Shown piece by piece: positions 59,614 to 64,000 of a stretch of DNA of 64,000 bases; position 1 is the stretch's first letter; each line of letters begins with the position of its first letter. Origin of the DNA: Vulcanimicrobiota bacterium (GTDB lineage: Bacteria > Vulcanimicrobiota > Vulcanimicrobiia > Vulcanimicrobiales > Vulcanimicrobiaceae); NCBI GenBank assembly GCA_963786105.1, contig CAWAXX010000023.1:192001-256000 (forward strand), in the 5' to 3' direction. The notes under the pieces are model-generated. The model ran no database searches, was not told the origin of the DNA, and saw only the letters and a list, made by a program, of their open reading frames with translations. The translations under genes and the position numbers were made by a program.

Positions 59614-62600
59614 TTACACCGTGAAGGCGCGCATTGCGACGGCCTGCGGCCGTTGCGTGGTGAAGTGGGCGACGTCGTTGGCTTCGAGGAAGGCACCGGG
59701 CGTGTGAACGGCGGTGACCGTCGCCGAAACGCTGGTGTGGTCCAAATCGCTGACGACCGCTTCGGCGGCGAGGTTCCCCTTCGAGAACAACTGTACGTAC
59801 ATGCCGGCGGCAACGCGCGTAGACGGCAGGTTCAGCGTGACGGTGTTGCCGACCGAGGGTTGCGTACGCAGCGTGACGGCGCCCGCGATGACGTCGTTGA
59901 CCGGTGCGTGGCTCGCGAGCAGAATGCAGACGCGCGTGACGTCGCTCATATATGCCAAGGCGTCGGGATTGGCCCCATCGATCTGAGCGAAAAGCCAGTC
60001 TACGAGGAGTTGCATTTGCTGCCGGTCCGCGTAGGGCTGCGCGTTCCAATTCGGCAGCACCGCTAAGTTTTGCAGACGGATCGTAAGACCCGGCCCACGC
60101 AGAAACTCAGCCCACGCCAAACGATCCACTGGCAACGCGGAATTTGCGCGCGCGTAGAGGCAGCCGGCGACGCTCGAAATCTGCTGCTGGATGCGCGAAA
60201 CTGCGCTGGCGGTTTCGGCGTTGACGGTTTGAGAGGACGCGAGGTCGGCGATCGTGGTCACGGCGGACACCGCGCTGACTTGCGAACTCCAACTCAGGCC
60301 GGCCAAGCTCTCGGGTACGATCGACGTACGCATGGTCTGAAAACTGCGCACGGCTTGCTGGTTCGCCTGGTAGATGCTTGCGATCGCGGGTCCGTACACG
60401 CTTGGCGCCAGCAAAGCCGACGACGCGACTTGCGGCATGCTGAGCTGCAGCGACGCGCGCGCCCGCGTGCCGAAGGCGATCTGCTGGAGCAGAATCGGGC
60501 GCCGCAGGCTCGATACCAGTGCCGAAACCGACGGCAACCAGGTCACCGGAACTTCATGCAAAAGCGCTACTATCTCGCTCAACTCGGGTGGCACGGCGAT
60601 GGCTTGTTGCAGGCACGTGGGTACGGGGCTTACGATGTTCCCGGGGACCAGCTGGCGGCTGGGAACGTTGTCTTCGATTTCGAGCGTGCGAGGCCGCGTG
60701 TAGACGACCACTTGCACCGACGTCGCGAGAATTTGGCGGCGCCGATCGTTGACGTCGTTCACGCGCAGCTGCTCGTCGGCTAGCAAGGACGTGGTAAACG
60801 CAACGTCTTGGCGCGCTTGGGCAAGCTGGTTTTCCAATTGCGAGAGCGTGCTTTGGGCGCGTTGCACGCCGTTGCGCACGTTTCCGATCGCGGTAGTGCA
60901 CAGGTTGACGAAATCGACGTACGTCTGCACGCGCGCTTCCAGCAATCGCAAGAGTTGGGTGTGCTGCTCGAGCACGCGAACCCCGCTCGAGAACAAGCCG
61001 GCTTCGTCGCTGTTGGTCATCACGAACGGCGTTTGAATGCGATTGAAAACGGTGGAGCGCGTAACCGTGTCGCGCCACTCGGCAAAAAAGTGCGACTCGG
61101 TCGGGATCGGCGCATTTGCCGGCGGAGCGGTCGTCTCGGCAGCGTCGACCAGCAACTGAAGGTCGTCGATGGTGATCTCCAGCTCGAGCAGAATCTGCAT
61201 AAACCCTATGCGATTGCCAACCGCGTAGAAGAGACTCTCCTGCGAGGGCGATTGCGCCAGGCGTTCGGCAACGGTGATGGTGCGAATGTCCAACTGGGCG
61301 CCCACGATTGGCGACTGCGCGGTCACCTCGCTGGTCGCCGGCTCGGGCGAAACGGCGGGCCGGAATTCGGAAGAGATCGGCGTGAAGCGCGGCACGTCTT
61401 CCCCAGTGTCGAAAAAGATCGGGCGCGGCGCGCTGGTTTGAACGGCGCTCGCTTGAACTGCGGAGAACGCGGAGGACGATGCCGTTGGGACGATCGTTAC
61501 TTTTTGCGCGCCGGCGAGAGCCGACGCCGAGGCCGGAGTGCTCGCAGCAGCGGCGGCCGCCGACTGTTGTTGGAAGGCGATGTTGGACGTAACGCGGCTG
61601 CTGGACGCGAACGACGGTTGTATGGAGACCGCCCGTTCACCGGCGAACCCTTCGGATATTCCGGCCGCGCCGCCGATGGAAGCGGGGCCTCCGCCGGCGG
61701 GCGTCGACGTTTGGATCGATGCGAAATAATCTTTGAGATTTTGCGCGGTGGCGCTCGCCGTCACGCCGGTGGCGATGTTCGCTAAGATCGGCGAAGTCGC
61801 AAGCCGTGAAGCGTCGGTCGCCCCCAAAACGTTTTGCCGGAAACGATAGATATCGGTTTGCGTCGTGAGGAAGGCGAGATCGATCAAATCGTTCGCTCTT
61901 TTGATCTTTGCGTTGAGGCGATCGATGAAGTGCTGCAATCCAAAGTTTGCGAGATCGTCCCAGTCGTCGGCGTCGATCAACGGAATTTGCGAGCGACTGC
62001 CCGCTAGCAGGGACCAGTTCACGCTGCCGTCGGGGGTCGCGGTGGCCGCAGCCGTGCTCCAGGCCGGTGCCGTCGCGCCTGACGTTCCCGCAGTCTGCAC
62101 GACTTGTAGGCTGCCGTTTGAATCAGTGACGATTTGACCTATAGCGAAGTTCGTATTTGCTTGCCAGGCCGGCCACGAAACCGTGTACGGAGCTCTGCTG
62201 GCGACCGTTTCCAGCGTTTGCAAATCGATCGACGTCCAGACCTGCGCCATCCAAGTCACCGCGCCGTCGGTAGTCGTTCCTCCCGCGAGTGCGTTCCAGG
62301 CCGGCGCGGTGGCGCCCGAATTTCCGGGCACGGTGACGGTTTGGAGATTCCCGTTCGAATCGACGACGAACTGCCCGACCGCATATGCGGTATTTGCCTG
62401 CCAGACTCCAGCCGCGGCATTGAGCCACGCGACGGTTCCATCGTTGCTCGTCGTTCCGCCGACGGTCGCGTTCCATATCAACTGCGTCGCGCCCGACGTG
62501 CCGGCGCGATCGAGTGCCTGTACGTTGCCGTTTGAATCGACGAAGAACTGGCCGGCGCGATACGCCACGCCACGCGCCCACAAGGTCGGCGGACCGTGAT

Positions 62601-64000
62601 TCACCCACTGGACGGCGCCGTCGGGCGTGATCTCCTCGAGCGCGTCGCCCCACGCAGGCGACGACGCTGTGGACGTGCCCGCATTTTGCGCGGTCTGAAC
62701 GTTGCCATTCGAATCGACGACGGCTTGGCCGGCCACGAACGCGAAATTCGCCTGCCACGCGCGGGGACCGGCGTTGCGCCAGGCGGCTGTTCCGTCAGTC
62801 GTGACATCGCCCACGTTCGGTTTCCAAACGTACTGCGACGCACCAGACGTGCCTGGCGTCTGAACCGTTTGAACGTTCCCGTTCGCGTCGACGATGAACT
62901 CCCCGGCAACATAGGCCGTCGCCGGCATCCACTGCCCGTTCCCAGCGTTCAACCACGCGACGCTCCCATCGGAAGTGGTTTGTCCGGGAGTGGCGTTCCA
63001 CTGAGGGACGGCGCTGCCCGAACTCCCCGCCGTCGTGACCTTTTGGAAATTGCCGTTGGGATCGACGACGAGTTGTCCCACGACATAAGGCGTCACGCTC
63101 TGCCACGTCGCGGGTCCGTGCGTTCCGAAGGCGCGATCGAGATTCGGATCCGCTGACGGCTGCGGCCAAAAAGCCGGCAGCCCATCGCGCGCGGCCGCTT
63201 CGCCGGGAGTCAGCCCGGCTGTGAGATCCGTCAGGTTCGGGTTGGGCTGCGGCGCGTTTGGCCCGAGAACCGTCTGCAGCACGTTGAGCTCGAGTTGAAC
63301 CGACTTCCGCGTGCGTAAGGCTGAGTCTCGCTCGAGCGTCGCAACATCCAACTCGTGTTGGAAGTCGGGTGCGACCGTTTCGGTCACGAGAATATCGGGG
63401 TCGTACAGCGCGTCCGGTAACGGTACCAAGACCTCGACGTCTTCGGCGGCTTGCGGATCGAGCGGAGCGGTCAACATGCCGGTTTGCAGCGCGGCTTCCA
63501 ACTCTTCGAGGTGCACCGGCCCCGCCGAAACGTGCCACGTCTTTGGAAGCCAGAGGTTGACCCTATTCACGAAGTCCATGGCCGCCGACGGCAGCACCCC
63601 GGCCGGCGGAAGCTGCGTCGCGATGCTTCCGAGGTCGTTGAACGCCGGTTGCAGCGCGAGTTGTTCGCTCAGCTGCTCGCTCAGTTGCGATATTCTTGCC
63701 GCGGCGAGGGGTTGTTGAACGATCGCTTCCAACGGCGACTCGACCGGCAGAACGCGACGCTTTCGCGGCAAGCCGCCGGGCCGCACGACGGCGCTGCGAT
63801 CGACGAACAGCGGCTGCCACGTCGTTGCGGAGTTGTCGAACGCCACCAGTGCGAGCGGCACGCCGGCCGCCGCCCAGGGAAGCTGATCGTCGATCGCGAG
63901 CTGTGCTTCGGCTTCGAAGATTGAATAGACGATTCTGTTACGGAAGGTGGCCGGCGGCGTCGCGGCCGGAAGCGGTAGGCCCGCGTTCGCCGCGGGCCAC
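59614..64000 (-). CDS. Large eCIS-associated protein (>1460 aa, 5' end outside window) with six Trp-rich repeats; tail-fibre candidate
   Basis: Frame stays open upstream of 63861 to the window edge; repeats, coiled-coil segment; Afp13 position. Confidence 0.7.
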   Translation of the reverse strand, partial: WPAANAGLPLPAATPPATFRNRIVYSIFEAEAQLAIDDQLPWAAAGVPLALVAFDNSATTWQPLFVDRSAVVRPGGLPRKRRVLPVESPLEAIVQQPLAAARISQLSEQLSEQLALQPAFNDLGSIATQLPPAGVLPSAAMDFVNRVNLWLPKTWHVSAGPVHLEELEAALQTGMLTAPLDPQAAEDVEVLVPLPDALYDPDILVTETVAPDFQHELDVATLERDSALRTRKSVQLELNVLQTVLGPNAPQPNPNLTDLTAGLTPGEAAARDGLPAFWPQPSADPNLDRAFGTHGPATWQSVTPYVVGQLVVDPNGNFQKVTTAGSSGSAVPQWNATPGQTTSDGSVAWLNAGNGQWMPATAYVAGEFIVDANGNVQTVQTPGTSGASQYVWKPNVGDVTTDGTAAWRNAGPRAWQANFAFVAGQAVVDSNGNVQTAQNAGTSTASSPAWGDALEEITPDGAVQWVNHGPPTLWARGVAYRAGQFFVDSNGNVQALDRAGTSGATQLIWNATVGGTTSNDGTVAWLNAAAGVWQANTAYAVGQFVVDSNGNLQTVTVPGNSGATAPAWNALAGGTTTDGAVTWMAQVWTSIDLQTLETVASRAPYTVSWPAWQANTNFAIGQIVTDSNGSLQVVQTAGTSGATAPAWSTAAATATPDGSVNWSLLAGSRSQIPLIDADDWDDLANFGLQHFIDRLNAKIKRANDLIDLAFLTTQTDIYRFRQNVLGATDASRLATSPILANIATGVTASATAQNLKDYFASIQTSTPAGGGPASIGGAAGISEGFAGERAVSIQPSFASSSRVTSNIAFQQQSAAAAAASTPASASALAGAQKVTIVPTASSSAFSAVQASAVQTSAPRPIFFDTGEDVPRFTPISSEFRPAVSPEPATSEVTAQSPIVGAQLDIRTITVAERLAQSPSQESLFYAVGNRIGFMQILLELEITIDDLQLLVDAAETTAPPANAPIPTESHFFAEWRDTVTRSTVFNRIQTPFVMTNSDEAGLFSSGVRVLEQHTQLLRLLEARVQTYVDFVNLCTTAIGNVRNGVQRAQSTLSQLENQLAQARQDVAFTTSLLADEQLRVNDVNDRRRQILATSVQVVVYTRPRTLEIEDNVPSRQLVPGNIVSPVPTCLQQAIAVPPELSEIVALLHEVPVTWLPSVSALVSSLRRPILLQQIAFGTRARASLQLSMPQVASSALLAPSVYGPAIASIYQANQQAVRSFQTMRTSIVPESLAGLSWSSQVSAVSAVTTIADLASSQTVNAETASAVSRIQQQISSVAGCLYARANSALPVDRLAWAEFLRGPGLTIRLQNLAVLPNWNAQPYADRQQMQLLVDWLFAQIDGANPDALAYMSDVTRVCILLASHAPVNDVIAGAVTLRTQPSVGNTVTLNLPSTRVAAGMYVQLFSKGNLAAEAVVSDLDHTSVSATVTAVHTPGAFLEANDVAHFTTQRPQAVAMRAFTV
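62014..63105 (-). repeat. Six ~58-aa coding repeats W-x5-Y/F-x2-G-x3-D.NG..Q.....G.S......W.......DG...W
   Basis: Visible in translation, e.g. WQANTAYAVGQFVVDSNGNLQTVTVPGNSGATAPAWNALAGGTTTDGAVTW. Confidence 0.9.

Noticed and set aside
41056..64000. Prophage
   Set aside because: No integrase, terminase, portal or capsid seen; ATPase and DUF4157 point to eCIS

Overview
High-GC bacterial chromosome segment. Terrabacteria-type gene orders (topA-trmFO-hslVU; def-fmt-rsmB; fhaA-FHA-PP2C-rodA) occur together with diderm/periplasmic genes (alpha-2-macroglobulin/pbpC, HiPIP, cytochrome c lipoprotein), suggesting Candidatus Eremiobacterota (Vulcanimicrobiota); this is inference only. Bases 1-41 kb are mostly core and envelope genes, plus a beta-oxidation operon, gdh, paralogous secreted proteins and structured intergenic repeats. 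From about 41 kb the window is an accessory island: T4-like lysozyme, metallophosphoesterase, a helical lipoprotein pair, a BTAD regulator divergent from an S8 protease / alpha-beta hydrolase / IPT-TIG operon, and the distal end of a probable extracellular contractile injection system (eCIS) on the minus strand. The eCIS part reads: large protein with six Trp-rich glycan-binding-like repeats, tape-measure-like protein, Afp15-like ATPase, then a DUF4157 carrier whose AHH nuclease tip is separated by an indel-riddled linker and has no adjacent immunity gene. Other highlights: a Z-DNA-prone tract upstream of a probably leaderless topA, a covarying REP-like hairpin cassette, a PP2C pseudophosphatase, a thioester-less macroglobulin and an in-frame-deleted mini-paralog behind a Fur-like box. 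Several frameshifts may be sequencing errors. No tRNA, rRNA, CRISPR array, integrase or transposase was seen.
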